Shown: piece after piece, positions 17,727-28,369 of the stretch
Numbering within the stretch: position 1 is the stretch's first letter
How the letters are laid out: every line of letters starts with the position of its first letter
IMG/VR virus record: IMGVR_UViG_3300035547_000097
Coordinates: 1-41,891 of that record
DNA length: 41,891 nt
Direction: 5' to 3' (one strand)
DNA from: a virus
Lineage: Duplodnaviria > Caudoviricetes
Translations under genes and position numbers: made by a program
The notes under the pieces: model-generated
The model's input: the letters and a program-made list of their open reading frames with translations, nothing else
Told to the model about the DNA's origin: nothing
Database searches by the model: none

Positions 17727-19424
17727 ATGGGTAAAATAAACGAATATCAAAGACAAAAATTGGCATCAGCGGCAGTTGGCACAACTCAGCCAAGTAGAGC
17801 CGGCCAGATTATAGGGCAAGCCGTTTCTAACTTAGGTGGGGTTATACGCGGTAAGGAAAAAGAGAGAGCTAGACAGAACGCTGTTTTCTCTGACCTTCGT
17901 GCTAATAACCATTTAATGGAATATGTCTCTGGGCTTTATAAGGTAGCACAGGGGTTACAAACAGAGTATGCGGCTAATCCCAGACAGCTTCCGACTAAAC
18001 TACAGGAAGAAGGGACTAAGTTACTTGAGGAAGTGGCTGGTAATATAAAAGATGAACAAGTAATGTCTAAGTTCGTTAAGGCGGGTGCTTCTGCCTTAAA
18101 GCAAATGAGTTTGCGTGGGCTTGATTGGGCTTTTGAAAAACAAGAAGAAAATGCTTTAATTGATATATCTGATAATGTGGATAAGGCTATAATAGCCGGT
18201 GGCACTGCAAATATTGAGGGGCTTACGTCATCTTATAATATGTTATATGAAACACTCAGGAATATACCCTCACAAGGTGACGAGAAACCGGTAGAGATAC
18301 CCGGATTATCCCCTGATAAAATAAATGAGATAGAAAAAGAGGGTAGAGAAAGAGCTTTACGCGCTCATCTAGCTAGTAGAGTCGAGACAGAGCCATTTCA
18401 GTTAATGTCAGATTTAGAGCAGGGGAAGTATGATAATCGGACTGTGGATATCGAGAAAAAGGTGGGTGATGAGACTGAAACTATTTCGGTTAAGGTTCCT
18501 ATGACGTCTGAGATAAAAAAAGAGTTTAAGAAAAAAGCATTAAGCGAATTATCAATTCAAAACTATAAAAAGAAATTAGCCGAAACTACGAGATTTACCG
18601 GAACATTACTTGAGTGGGGTGTTGCAATAGCCGACGGTGAGGCTAATTTAGTCGATTTGCAAAGAGAAGTTGATAGGGCAAAACATGATCCGGCAACCTC
18701 TCCTGATTATAGAAATGGATTAGAGGCACTATTATCATCTCGAATGTCTGCTCTTGCTAATACGGTTAGACAAGACGATAGCCGAGTGACAATAGAATTA
18801 GATACAAAACACGCAGAATTAGATTTAGAGATTGCCGGTGTTAAGAAGTTTATAAGAGAGGGGAGCATGGCAGCAGCTCAAAAACAAGCTGCTGAGTTAA
18901 CAACCGACTTATTGAAACTTCAAACAGAAGTATATCAAATGCATGCTAAGGGGTTTATCACAAGAAGTACAAAGGATCGCTATATAAGAGAGATAGAGCC
19001 GACAATGCTTCAAGGAATTTTAGCTCAAGAAGATTATGGTAAAAAAGGTTTTCCGGGTTTTCGTAGTTATAGAGATACTTTTGGGCATTATTACGAGATA
19101 ATGAATGAGCAAATAAATGACATATCTAATTTAAGTGGTGATGAGAAAAATTTTGCTATTGTTAAAGCTGCTCGTTATTTTATTGAAGAAGTTATGAGAG
19201 AAAGAGCGCAAAGTCCGGAACAAGAGATTACTGAAGCTCAACGTATTAACGCAACAAAAAGAGCGATAGATTATGTTAGACAATTATATGACCCAACTTA
19301 TGAACTTTATTCGATAGGAGAAGTGACACCAGATGGTAAGGTTGTCGGGTATAATGAAAGAGGTACTCCGCTATATGAGATGCCTGATAGTGCTGTAAAT
19401 GCTATAAAAGAAGGGATTAACTAA
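17727..19424 (+). CDS. putative internal virion (ejection) protein
   Basis: Helical 565-aa protein in the ejection-protein position. Confidence 0.6.
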   Translation: MGKINEYQRQKLASAAVGTTQPSRAGQIIGQAVSNLGGVIRGKEKERARQNAVFSDLRANNHLMEYVSGLYKVAQGLQTEYAANPRQLPTKLQEEGTKLLEEVAGNIKDEQVMSKFVKAGASALKQMSLRGLDWAFEKQEENALIDISDNVDKAIIAGGTANIEGLTSSYNMLYETLRNIPSQGDEKPVEIPGLSPDKINEIEKEGRERALRAHLASRVETEPFQLMSDLEQGKYDNRTVDIEKKVGDETETISVKVPMTSEIKKEFKKKALSELSIQNYKKKLAETTRFTGTLLEWGVAIADGEANLVDLQREVDRAKHDPATSPDYRNGLEALLSSRMSALANTVRQDDSRVTIELDTKHAELDLEIAGVKKFIREGSMAAAQKQAAELTTDLLKLQTEVYQMHAKGFITRSTKDRYIREIEPTMLQGILAQEDYGKKGFPGFRSYRDTFGHYYEIMNEQINDISNLSGDEKNFAIVKAARYFIEEVMRERAQSPEQEITEAQRINATKRAIDYVRQLYDPTYELYSIGEVTPDGKVVGYNERGTPLYEMPDSAVNAIKEGIN

Positions 19425-22400
19425 TGGGTGGAATAACATTACAAGAATTAAAAGAATATAGACAGAAAAATGGTATAGATGCAAAGACCTCTACCATAAA
19501 AAATCAAGGTATTGTGTCTAAAGAGCAGTCTGACCGTATCCATTCTGTTCGGGTGCCGGACGGGCGTACGCCCGGTAAGTTTGTAGAACGGTACAGAAAT
19601 CCCGCTCTTTTTCTCGGTGCTAAATTTATCGAGGCGGCCGGGCAGGCGGAAGGCGAGCCGGATAGAGGTGTTTTTAATGTCAACGCATATGAAAAACTGG
19701 GTAATTGGTTAACTGCGATTGGTGATGCTTGGGCTAGAAATCTCGAGAGTTATAAAAAAGAACAAGAAATAACCCCTGAGGTTATAGACGGTGTACCACA
19801 AACTCTTTTAGGAAATATTGGTTTTGGTACTAAAGAAGAACCTGTATCTGAGTTTACAATGCATCTATCCCGCATTTTTGGTTTAGAAACTGATGTAGAA
19901 AGGCGAGGTTTGGAAAAACTATTATACTATGACGACCACAAGGTTGGGCGGGAATTATATGAGATGATTGTAGAAGAACTGCCGTTAAGACGCTCTCCTA
20001 TGCAGAGAGAAAAAGTCGGCACAATGTTTGGTGAGGCAGAATTTGATAAAGCCGATATTCACCAGATAATTATGAGTAATATTTTGAGCGTGGGTGTGGG
20101 CGGCTTTATGGCTGGAGAAAATGGGACTACTGTTGCGGCGGAAGGGCACTCTTTAATTGCAGATATGGTTCAGAAGGTGTCGGGGCTTGATAGAAAGGCG
20201 GCGTTACAATTAGTGGATAGATGGTCTGTGCAAACTATGGTAAAACTTGCGAATAATGCCCGAGAGATAGGTGAGTTTACAGAACAAGAGATAAATCCAT
20301 ATGCGTGGACACAAGACCCCCGGCAGATAAGTACAGCCGATCCTCGTATGCACGGGTATGAAGAGGTATATCAACCGGGAATTACTTATCGGGCTGCACG
20401 AGTGGCAGGAGTTGTGGAGTCATCAATATTAAGTATGCTAGATGCGCCTTTTTCTGCTGTTGATTTTAAAGATAGAATGTTGAAAAAAATCAGTAATCCC
20501 GTTATTAGAACCGCAGTTGATTGTATAACTTCCCGGATACCTACCGGAAAACGCCTAGGTTTTGAAACAGCTGAGGACTTAGAAAATTTTAGAATTTTAT
20601 TTGACCCTATTAAGTCACCTCTCGCTAATATAAATCCGGGTGTACAAGAGACACGAATGTATAGGCAGTTAGAGGCAAGAAGAGAAGGGTTGGGCGCACT
20701 GACAAAACATTTGGCTGTTGAGGGTGCGTTTGATTATGCGGCATTAGTTGCCGGGATTGTATTAACTAAAAAATTGATAGCTAAAACAGGCCTGGCCTCT
20801 TTAGTTAAGGGAAAGGCGCCGTTATCGGCTGCAAAAACAGCAAGACTGGCACGTACCGCTAAGGGAGGATTGACACACACCGTTTTAAATAAGGCAGAAT
20901 TAGCCCGGTCACTTTCTGCAACTTTTAGAAATGCCGCATTTATGGGTGCTTATCGTGCTATCACTACACCGGGGTCTTTTGAAGATAGAGTAAAAGCAGG
21001 TTTGATAGTCGCAACTTATGCATCTTCACCCGGATGGACTGGATTAATTTTACATAAACTTGGCATAACTAATCCCGGTGTTGTCATACCTGTTTTTTTT
21101 GATATGTTTCTAAATATGGGATTAACTACCGGACTTTCTCATATACCTGAATATAAAAGGCAGGGTGGGTTTACTGATGATTTTATAGCTAATGCCGTAG
21201 TCCAGACTATGATGGACGGGTTAATGTCTGTAACTACCAGGGGGATAAGAGATGCTGATAGAATAATGGATATAGCCCGAACTCGTTATGGTAAATATTA
21301 TGACGGGGTTGCTAAAAACGGAAAGGTTGTCGACCTAATATCCGGTAAACAGGTATCTAGGCAACAATATATAGATGGAAAAATTCAACAGCGCCATAAT
21401 CAACCATCGGCAGTAACTGAGGCCTATATTCAAATGCTTAAAGAAAAGACCACCAAACAAGTTGATATTCCCGGCTTAAAAGTGCCAAAAGTAGAGATTA
21501 AGCCTTATCAAGACCCCGATGTGAGACAGTATTTGAAAGCTGAACAAAAGTTGTTATCGAAAAGAGGAGAGATTGAAGGGAAACGGCTTGAGGTAGAAAC
21601 AAAAATCGGAGAACTGGAAGGTAGAACTGACAGAACTCCGCAAGAACAGAGGTCTTTGGCTGCTTTAAAAGGGAGAAAAACCCGGCTTGATAATCAACTA
21701 GCCCGAATGGAAGGCGAAGGTGAGCCGGAGTTGACTAAAGACCCGGAAGCGCAGCCCACAACTAAAAAATCAAAATATGAAGGGTATGTGACTCAAATTC
21801 AGAGTATTAATAGGCAGATAGCGCAATTTAATAAGGGGCTTAAAGCCGGAAAAAATATTGCGGCAAAGGATATAAAGGCATTTCAAGACCATATATCTAA
21901 GGTTATAGATGAGACCGGAATACTGACTAAAGACCAAAAGAATACACTGCGAAAACAGACAAGGAACTTACACCCAATCAAGCGGACTAAGAAAGGAAGA
22001 GAGAATGCGAGAAAAAGTTTATCTCAGCTTCGCAATAAGATACAAGAGTTATCTGATGAGAACGAAATGCGGGTGTTTAAAAATGCGGCTAAACGAGTGC
22101 TTAATAAGGCGAAGAAGGATATAAAGAAAGGCAAGTTTGACCCCGATACTGCTAATGCATTAAACCGGGCAATTTATATTAATAGAGTTCCGGGTGAGGC
22201 AAGAGATGATATAGGCTCGTCCTCTGCGGATATGCTTGAATATGATATAGGCCAGTTACATAGGGTTACACTAACTAAAGGGCAGGCGAGAGGAATATAT
22301 AACGACTTAATAAGGGTCTATAATAGGGGTGCGGCAACGAGAGCCGCTTGGAAGGCGGCGAAAGAGGCGGAGGCTAATCAGATTGTACGCCTGGCTATCT

Positions 22401-24469
22401 CTGATCTAACGGGTAAGGCGGCAGAAGATGTTAAATTACTTACGCCCGAGCAATTCCAACAGAAAGGTAATCTATTTGGCTGGTGGTTTAATTTCTTGCG
22501 GGGTAGTAGGCACTGGCCGGGATTAATGACAGATTTAACACAGTATACCCAAACCAGGCCGGGTGAGTCTAATATTGAGCGGTTTACAGATATGGGACGG
22601 ACGGCACGATACAAAGATGAGTTAATGAAAAAGTATAATAACAAAAAAGTAGATATATTTAATAGGATTTTTGGTGTTAAAAATAGGTTTCAGATTAAAG
22701 ATAAATACGACCAAGACTTGCAAGATAAAGTGCAGATACCATTGAAGGGGAAAGAATCAGCTGTGATTAACAGGGCTATTGCCCGGCAGAGATGGGCTGA
22801 GTGGCAGCAAGACCCCGGTAGAGCCCGCCTGCAAGGGAAAAATAAATATACGCCTGATACGATAAAAAAGATTGAGCAATTTTTAAACCCGGAAGATTTT
22901 GATTTAATAAGAGAAACAAGAAAACTTTATGACGAGTTCTATCAGGAAGTAAATGACGTTTTTAGAATGGATAGAGGTTATGACTTGCCTTATCGAAAAG
23001 GATATACTCCTTTTATTGTCGAGTTTGCTCATAAAACATATGAGGGCGCTGACTTAATAGACCAGATGCATTTTGACGCGAGAAAAGAACCGGTTATCGA
23101 TAACAAAAGTCCGCTTCAAGAGTTAAAAGGAAAGACAGCGGGGATAAAAGCTCAAGGGGACATAGCGTTATTAGACCGCTATATACAAGATATGTCGCAT
23201 TATGTGTCGCATGCTAAGACTATTGAAAGAGCTAAAACTATATTTAGTAACGAGCAGGTGCGCCAGATTATAGCACAAAAGTATGGTAAACATATGGTAG
23301 ATACACTAGATGCTCAATTAGATACACTAACCAGGGGTAAACTTGAGGCGGCTCAGCGTAATATTTGGGGCGGATTAAACACACTTAAATCCGCCTGGGT
23401 AAAAGGTGTATTATATTTTTCTCCAAAAAGAACAACTGTACAGTTATTATCTACAGGCCTTTATTTAACAGAGATGCCCGCCTCTGCCTTCGCAAAAGGG
23501 TTATTAGATTTACCCAGAGCGATAAAGTCAGGTGAGATTAGGGCTATAACAGATACAGCGTGGTTTTCTGAGAGGGGTATCGGCTTAGAAAGAGATTTAG
23601 CTCAGTTAACTAAAACTATAGAAAGCCCTGAATTTAACCAATTTAAACGGATTGTAGACAATCCCCGATTAGACCATTTTGGCGGTATGTTTATGAAGAT
23701 AGGTGATAGAAGCGCTATACTTGCGGGAGGTTGGTCTTTATATAAACATTTAACCCGGACTAAAAAGATGGATAAAGTTGAGGCGTTAGACCGTGTAATT
23801 AACTTCTCAAATAAGACCCAGCAATCAAAAGATTTAGCTCAAATGGGTACGATTTTACAGACGGGAAATCCATTTGTAGGTACGCTCACAATGTTTAAAA
23901 ATACAACCGGCCAGTTCTATAATAACTATTTAGACGCGTTGGTTAACCGCGCAAGAATAAGTAAAGTAGAGTTAGCTAAAACTTTGTTAGCCTATCATGG
24001 TATGGCTGGGTTTTATGCCGTCATAAATAGCGGGCTAAAAATTGCCACTGTAGGCGCTTTAGCGTCCTTTATATCAGGGCCGATGGGTGATGGTATCGCT
24101 ATTGGCGGTGAGTTCTTTAAAAATTTAGTCGGGTGGGTGCTGGCAAAGGCTAAGGATGAAGACTATAGAGCAATGTCCTCATCATATGCGTTAGAAGCGT
24201 GGTTTAGGGACGTTTATGACGTTGCTGATATTACATTAGACCTGATACAAAAAGGCGAATATGCCGGCGCTGATGATATTTTAGGCGTTGCGGAGGCTTG
24301 GACACGAATGAGTTACCCGTTTACCGGCGGCGCAGGAGCTTTAGCTAATCGAGCAACTCGTTCCTTTAACGCCGCAAGAGAATATGTTGATGATGAAGAT
24401 TTTTATAAAATGTTACAAAAATTTATGGGTTATACTGACTGGCAAATCAAACAGATGAGGGGGCAATAA
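19424..24469 (+). CDS. large putative internal virion (ejection) protein
   Basis: 1681 aa, helical, with hydrophobic segments; last gene before the fibres; no catalytic motif recognised. Confidence 0.6.
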   Translation: MGGITLQELKEYRQKNGIDAKTSTIKNQGIVSKEQSDRIHSVRVPDGRTPGKFVERYRNPALFLGAKFIEAAGQAEGEPDRGVFNVNAYEKLGNWLTAIGDAWARNLESYKKEQEITPEVIDGVPQTLLGNIGFGTKEEPVSEFTMHLSRIFGLETDVERRGLEKLLYYDDHKVGRELYEMIVEELPLRRSPMQREKVGTMFGEAEFDKADIHQIIMSNILSVGVGGFMAGENGTTVAAEGHSLIADMVQKVSGLDRKAALQLVDRWSVQTMVKLANNAREIGEFTEQEINPYAWTQDPRQISTADPRMHGYEEVYQPGITYRAARVAGVVESSILSMLDAPFSAVDFKDRMLKKISNPVIRTAVDCITSRIPTGKRLGFETAEDLENFRILFDPIKSPLANINPGVQETRMYRQLEARREGLGALTKHLAVEGAFDYAALVAGIVLTKKLIAKTGLASLVKGKAPLSAAKTARLARTAKGGLTHTVLNKAELARSLSATFRNAAFMGAYRAITTPGSFEDRVKAGLIVATYASSPGWTGLILHKLGITNPGVVIPVFFDMFLNMGLTTGLSHIPEYKRQGGFTDDFIANAVVQTMMDGLMSVTTRGIRDADRIMDIARTRYGKYYDGVAKNGKVVDLISGKQVSRQQYIDGKIQQRHNQPSAVTEAYIQMLKEKTTKQVDIPGLKVPKVEIKPYQDPDVRQYLKAEQKLLSKRGEIEGKRLEVETKIGELEGRTDRTPQEQRSLAALKGRKTRLDNQLARMEGEGEPELTKDPEAQPTTKKSKYEGYVTQIQSINRQIAQFNKGLKAGKNIAAKDIKAFQDHISKVIDETGILTKDQKNTLRKQTRNLHPIKRTKKGRENARKSLSQLRNKIQELSDENEMRVFKNAAKRVLNKAKKDIKKGKFDPDTANALNRAIYINRVPGEARDDIGSSSADMLEYDIGQLHRVTLTKGQARGIYNDLIRVYNRGAATRAAWKAAKEAEANQIVRLAISDLTGKAAEDVKLLTPEQFQQKGNLFGWWFNFLRGSRHWPGLMTDLTQYTQTRPGESNIERFTDMGRTARYKDELMKKYNNKKVDIFNRIFGVKNRFQIKDKYDQDLQDKVQIPLKGKESAVINRAIARQRWAEWQQDPGRARLQGKNKYTPDTIKKIEQFLNPEDFDLIRETRKLYDEFYQEVNDVFRMDRGYDLPYRKGYTPFIVEFAHKTYEGADLIDQMHFDARKEPVIDNKSPLQELKGKTAGIKAQGDIALLDRYIQDMSHYVSHAKTIERAKTIFSNEQVRQIIAQKYGKHMVDTLDAQLDTLTRGKLEAAQRNIWGGLNTLKSAWVKGVLYFSPKRTTVQLLSTGLYLTEMPASAFAKGLLDLPRAIKSGEIRAITDTAWFSERGIGLERDLAQLTKTIESPEFNQFKRIVDNPRLDHFGGMFMKIGDRSAILAGGWSLYKHLTRTKKMDKVEALDRVINFSNKTQQSKDLAQMGTILQTGNPFVGTLTMFKNTTGQFYNNYLDALVNRARISKVELAKTLLAYHGMAGFYAVINSGLKIATVGALASFISGPMGDGIAIGGEFFKNLVGWVLAKAKDEDYRAMSSSYALEAWFRDVYDVADITLDLIQKGEYAGADDILGVAEAWTRMSYPFTGGAGALANRATRSFNAAREYVDDEDFYKMLQKFMGYTDWQIKQMRGQ

Positions 24470-25569
24470 TGGCGATTATAAATACAGATACCAAGAAAAA
24501 AGTGAGCGCAGACGGCGTAACCCGAGAATTTAGTTTTGGTTTTAAAATATATACTACTTCTGATATAAAAGTGTGGTTGATTAACAAAATTACAGATGAG
24601 GTGATAGAACAATCACTTACTACTCATTATCTTGTAGACATAGATGTAATAGATGAGGGCGGGACGATTATATTTGACGAAGACTATATACCTGAAGACG
24701 GGTATTGGGTCTTTATGTTTAGTGATTTAGCGTATACTCAGAATACAGTTTTACCTACAGACGGGGCGTTTAGAGAACAAAAAGTCAGTAACGGAATGGA
24801 TAGGTTGTGTAGGCTAATTCAGCAGAATAAGGAAGCTATCGAGCGTTCAATAAAACTGCCTATTTACGCGGAAGAAGGAATAACCATGCCGGCACCTAGC
24901 GCAAAGAAATTTATTGCGTGGAATGATGCCGGAGACGGCCTTGTCAACAAAATACTCCCCGACCCGTCGATAGAGGTTATTGATAATCTAACCTCAACCG
25001 ATAACGATAAAGCGTTAAGTGCTAATCAGGGTAAGGTGTTACAGGATAATAAATTGGCGATAGCGGATATAGTTGATAATTTAACATCAACCGATACAAA
25101 TAAAGCGTTAAGCGCTAATCAGGGGAAGGAACTGAAAACTGCTTTAGGTACAAAAGAAGACAGCTTAGGTTACACTCCGGAAAATGCGGCAAACAAGAAA
25201 ACCAGCTTAGCAGAAAATTCAGATACTTATTATGTCTCACAAAAGGCAGTAAAGACTGCAATAGATGCTAATGCAGTGTCTTTAGGCTCTTGGGTTTCTA
25301 AATCAAACAATACAGTTTATCAGGCTTCTACTGATGGTTTTGTATGTGTTATCTTTAATGGGACAGGGAATGGAGCTCTGCAACATCGAGTTTACACAGA
25401 TAGTAATAATCCTCCAATAACTGAAAGACAAAATGTTTGGACAGATGATGGGCAAGACACAAATATAGACAAAACTTCAGCTTTAATGCCAGTGAAAAAA
25501 GGAGATTATTGGAAATCGGTTCAAGGTGGTGGTAGTTCAACCATTTATTGGATACCGTTAGGAAGTTGA
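24469..25569 (+). CDS. tail fibre 1 with T7 gp17-like N-terminal anchor
   Basis: DGVTREFSFGF...MDRL..LIQQ anchor and two DNLTSTD..KALSANQGK repeats. Confidence 0.8.
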   Translation: MAIINTDTKKKVSADGVTREFSFGFKIYTTSDIKVWLINKITDEVIEQSLTTHYLVDIDVIDEGGTIIFDEDYIPEDGYWVFMFSDLAYTQNTVLPTDGAFREQKVSNGMDRLCRLIQQNKEAIERSIKLPIYAEEGITMPAPSAKKFIAWNDAGDGLVNKILPDPSIEVIDNLTSTDNDKALSANQGKVLQDNKLAIADIVDNLTSTDTNKALSANQGKELKTALGTKEDSLGYTPENAANKKTSLAENSDTYYVSQKAVKTAIDANAVSLGSWVSKSNNTVYQASTDGFVCVIFNGTGNGALQHRVYTDSNNPPITERQNVWTDDGQDTNIDKTSALMPVKKGDYWKSVQGGGSSTIYWIPLGS

Positions 25570-25594
25570 TTTTATAGATTATAAGGAGGCAATT

Positions 25595-25837
25595 ATGAAA
25601 ACAGGATATATTAAAAACAAGAAGACAGGGAAAGTTGAAAGTTACTATGAATTACCAAAACAACCAAATAATACTGATAAACACGAATTCATAGAGTGTG
25701 CTAAAAAAGATTTACCAGAAATTTATATACCAGAACCAACGGCAGAGGAGAAAAGACAACAGCTAATTAGCCAAAAGAAGGATGAGATTCTGACAAGGCA
25801 AGCAGAGCAAGAGTTAAAAGCAGAAGGTAAATTATGA
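25595..25837 (+). CDS. putative tail fibre assembly or accessory protein
   Basis: Small gene with AAGGAGG RBS directly after the fibre; PEPTAEE followed by a helix. Confidence 0.5.
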   Translation: MKTGYIKNKKTGKVESYYELPKQPNNTDKHEFIECAKKDLPEIYIPEPTAEEKRQQLISQKKDEILTRQAEQELKAEGKL

Positions 25838-25929
25838 TAAGCAACGATGAGATAAGCCTAAAGAAAAGAATGGTAGAGAAATTGCCGAATGATATATTAT
25901 TCAAAAAAATGGCAGTAAGGAGATAAACT

Positions 25930-28218
25930 ATGGCAATTATAAATACAGATACTAAAGTAAAAATAAGTGGTGACGGTGTAACTCGAGAGTTCGGTTTTGA
26001 TTTTAAGATATATGCAAAAGCAGATTTAAAGGTTTGGTTGATAGATAAGACATCGGGAGATGTTGAAGAAAAAAGTCTTACAACCGATTATAAGGTTACG
26101 CTAAATAGAGTCGATGAGGGCGGTGTAATCGAGTTTGTTACACTGCTCCCGCCCAGCGCAGACGTGTGGGTCTTTATGTTTAGTGATATGCCTTATACCC
26201 AAAACATAGTCTTACCGACTGATGGGGCGTTTAGGGAGAAAAAGGTTAGTAACGGAATGGATAGATTGTGTAGGCTTATACAGCAAAATCGGGAGGCGAT
26301 TGGAAGGGCTATTCAAGTACCCCGACAGACGGAGGGCGAAACTCCTGATTATGATACCCTAATTGACGATGCAAAAGCGGCGGCAGAGGAAGCAACAACA
26401 GAAGCTGAAGGATATGCCACTGATGCCTCGGGGTATGCTAATACTGCTTTAGGCCACGCTAATACTGCTTTAGGCTACGCTAATACTGCTTTAGGCCACG
26501 CTAATACTGCTTTAGGCTACGCTAATGACGCGTCAGGATATGCTGACGACGCTCAAGAATACGCCCTTTCTTTAACAGGTACTTCCTCAACTCCCGTAAC
26601 GATAGGTACAGGGGAGAAAGTTTTTACGACTCAAGAAGGGAAACAATTTAATGTCGGACATTATCTTTTAGTAGTTGATACCGCTAATTCTGATAATTAT
26701 ATGTTTGGGTCGGTAACCGGTTATTCCGGCACAACTTTAACTATAGAAGTTATTGCAACAAGCGGGGCGGGGACAATATCGAGTTGGTCGATATTAGTTT
26801 CCGGGATACAGGGGGCTAAGGGCGACCCGGGTAACGTTAATATAAATGGCACACCTGATTTAGCAGCCCCAGCAGTAGCCGATGAAATCTTACTCTCCGA
26901 CACAGACGACAGCAACACAGTTAAGAAATCAGACTTAGACGCTATTCTTGCATTATACGATAGTAAGACCTCAACGCTTACAAACAAAACCTTTGACGCT
27001 AACGGAACAGGAAATTCTTTAAGTAATGTAGATGTAGCAGACCTAGCCAACGGTACAGACGGAGAACTAATAACTTGGGCAGCAGACGCTACACCGACAA
27101 CAGTAGCAGCAGGAACAGCCGACCAAGTATTAACTTCTAACGGCGCAGGAGCAGCACCTACTTTTCAGGATAATAATTCGGCGAAACTCAATCCTTCTCT
27201 TTATAATCGAGATATTCAATGGCTACTCAAAACTCCTTATTCGACTACTGCTAATAGATATACTATCCAATCACCTAACAAATTAGCAGTTGATATAGGT
27301 GGGGTAATTTATTTTATTGAAAGTCAAACCGATATAGATTTATCTTCTGCTGCTAATTGGGACACTAATACGCCAACGGATTATACTGTTGCCGCCAACA
27401 GAGCGGGGAAGGATTTTTATATTTATGCTTGCCAGCCTGCCTCTGGAACGACACCTGTTATAAAATTATCGGCTAATTCAACAGTTCCTTCAGGATATAC
27501 AGTTGATAATTCAAGGAAGATAGGTGGGTTTCATTGTCTGTGTGTAGCGGTAGGAACAATAGCAGAGCATACCTTAACTGGATTTGCAGCAGGAGATGTC
27601 TTACCTGCCTCTATCTGGGATTTAGACCATAGACCCGTTTGTTCTCCTGAGGGTATGGTATTTTCAGAAGCAGCAGATATCTGGGTGGATATATACTTAG
27701 CTTCAGGAACTGGAGCATCAACCGCTTCTGTTTATGGCGGAACAATTTCTGATAGCCGCAATTGGATGGATTTTGTTGACGATTTTGGAGCTGTAAAAAA
27801 ACAGCTTCTTAATGATATTGAATTTCAGTTGATTGCAGCAGGTTCAAACGAAGAAACTAATATTTCAGGTTCTGTCGACCCTGGAACAACTGGTGGGCAT
27901 TCAGACACAGCCAGTCGAAGAATGATTTCAAACATCGGTTGTGAGGATTGTGCTGGAGCAATGTGGCAATGGTTGGATGAGCAGTCTGTTAGGTGGGATC
28001 CAACTACTCCTGGCTGGGGTTGGTATGATTTGCCTGGGGCTAAAGGCTCTCTTTATAATTATGGAGGTGCGAGTGCTACGGGTGCTGATGTGAAGCTGCT
28101 CGCGGGCGGTGCTTGGGTCAGTGCGGCGAATTGCGGGTCGCGGTGTCGTTATGCGAGGTACTATCGCTGGGCTACGATTACGGATTTCGGCGGGCGCGGG
28201 CGGAGCCGAAAATTGTAA
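25930..28218 (+). CDS. tail fibre 2, DGR target protein (Mtd-like, C-terminal CLec-type fold)
   Basis: gp17-like anchor; SRKIGGFH, SIWDL..RP, WVDIYL, GCEDCAGAMWQW and LLAGG.W....CGSR motifs as in BPP-1 Mtd-like proteins; the C-terminus is the VR. Confidence 0.88.
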   Translation: MAIINTDTKVKISGDGVTREFGFDFKIYAKADLKVWLIDKTSGDVEEKSLTTDYKVTLNRVDEGGVIEFVTLLPPSADVWVFMFSDMPYTQNIVLPTDGAFREKKVSNGMDRLCRLIQQNREAIGRAIQVPRQTEGETPDYDTLIDDAKAAAEEATTEAEGYATDASGYANTALGHANTALGYANTALGHANTALGYANDASGYADDAQEYALSLTGTSSTPVTIGTGEKVFTTQEGKQFNVGHYLLVVDTANSDNYMFGSVTGYSGTTLTIEVIATSGAGTISSWSILVSGIQGAKGDPGNVNINGTPDLAAPAVADEILLSDTDDSNTVKKSDLDAILALYDSKTSTLTNKTFDANGTGNSLSNVDVADLANGTDGELITWAADATPTTVAAGTADQVLTSNGAGAAPTFQDNNSAKLNPSLYNRDIQWLLKTPYSTTANRYTIQSPNKLAVDIGGVIYFIESQTDIDLSSAANWDTNTPTDYTVAANRAGKDFYIYACQPASGTTPVIKLSANSTVPSGYTVDNSRKIGGFHCLCVAVGTIAEHTLTGFAAGDVLPASIWDLDHRPVCSPEGMVFSEAADIWVDIYLASGTGASTASVYGGTISDSRNWMDFVDDFGAVKKQLLNDIEFQLIAAGSNEETNISGSVDPGTTGGHSDTASRRMISNIGCEDCAGAMWQWLDEQSVRWDPTTPGWGWYDLPGAKGSLYNYGGASATGADVKLLAGGAWVSAANCGSRCRYARYYRWATITDFGGRGRSRKL
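26437..26526 (+). repeat. four 21-bp tandem repeats encoding ANTALG(H/Y)
   Basis: GCTAATACTGCTTTAGGC(C/T)AC four times, forming two identical 42-bp units. Confidence 0.95.
28095..28204 (+). repeat. DGR variable repeat (VR)
   Basis: 110 bp, aligns without gaps to the TR at 28260-28369; ends in the G/C-only run CGGCGGGCGCGGGCGG. Confidence 0.95.
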
Positions 28219-28259
28219 AACGGAAAACGTAATATAGGCTGATAAGTCATTAAGTGTCG

Positions 28260-28369
28260 GCTGATCGCGGGCGGTAATTGGGACAATGCAGCGAATTGCA
28301 GGTCGCAGTGTCGTAATGCGAATAACTATCGCTGGAATACGAATACGAATATCGGCAGGCGCAGGCGGA
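28260..28369 (+). repeat. DGR template repeat (TR)
   Basis: Rich in AAT/AAC codons; 18 of 19 mismatches to the VR fall at TR adenines. Confidence 0.95.

Noticed and set aside
25260-25569. Second DGR variable repeat in tail fibre 1
   Set aside because: Its 3' end shows no similarity to the TR and lacks the CLec-type motifs.
28205-28235. BPP-1-type DNA hairpin downstream of the VR
   Set aside because: Only a 3-bp CCG/CGG stem and short AAAACG repeats are present, too weak to call.
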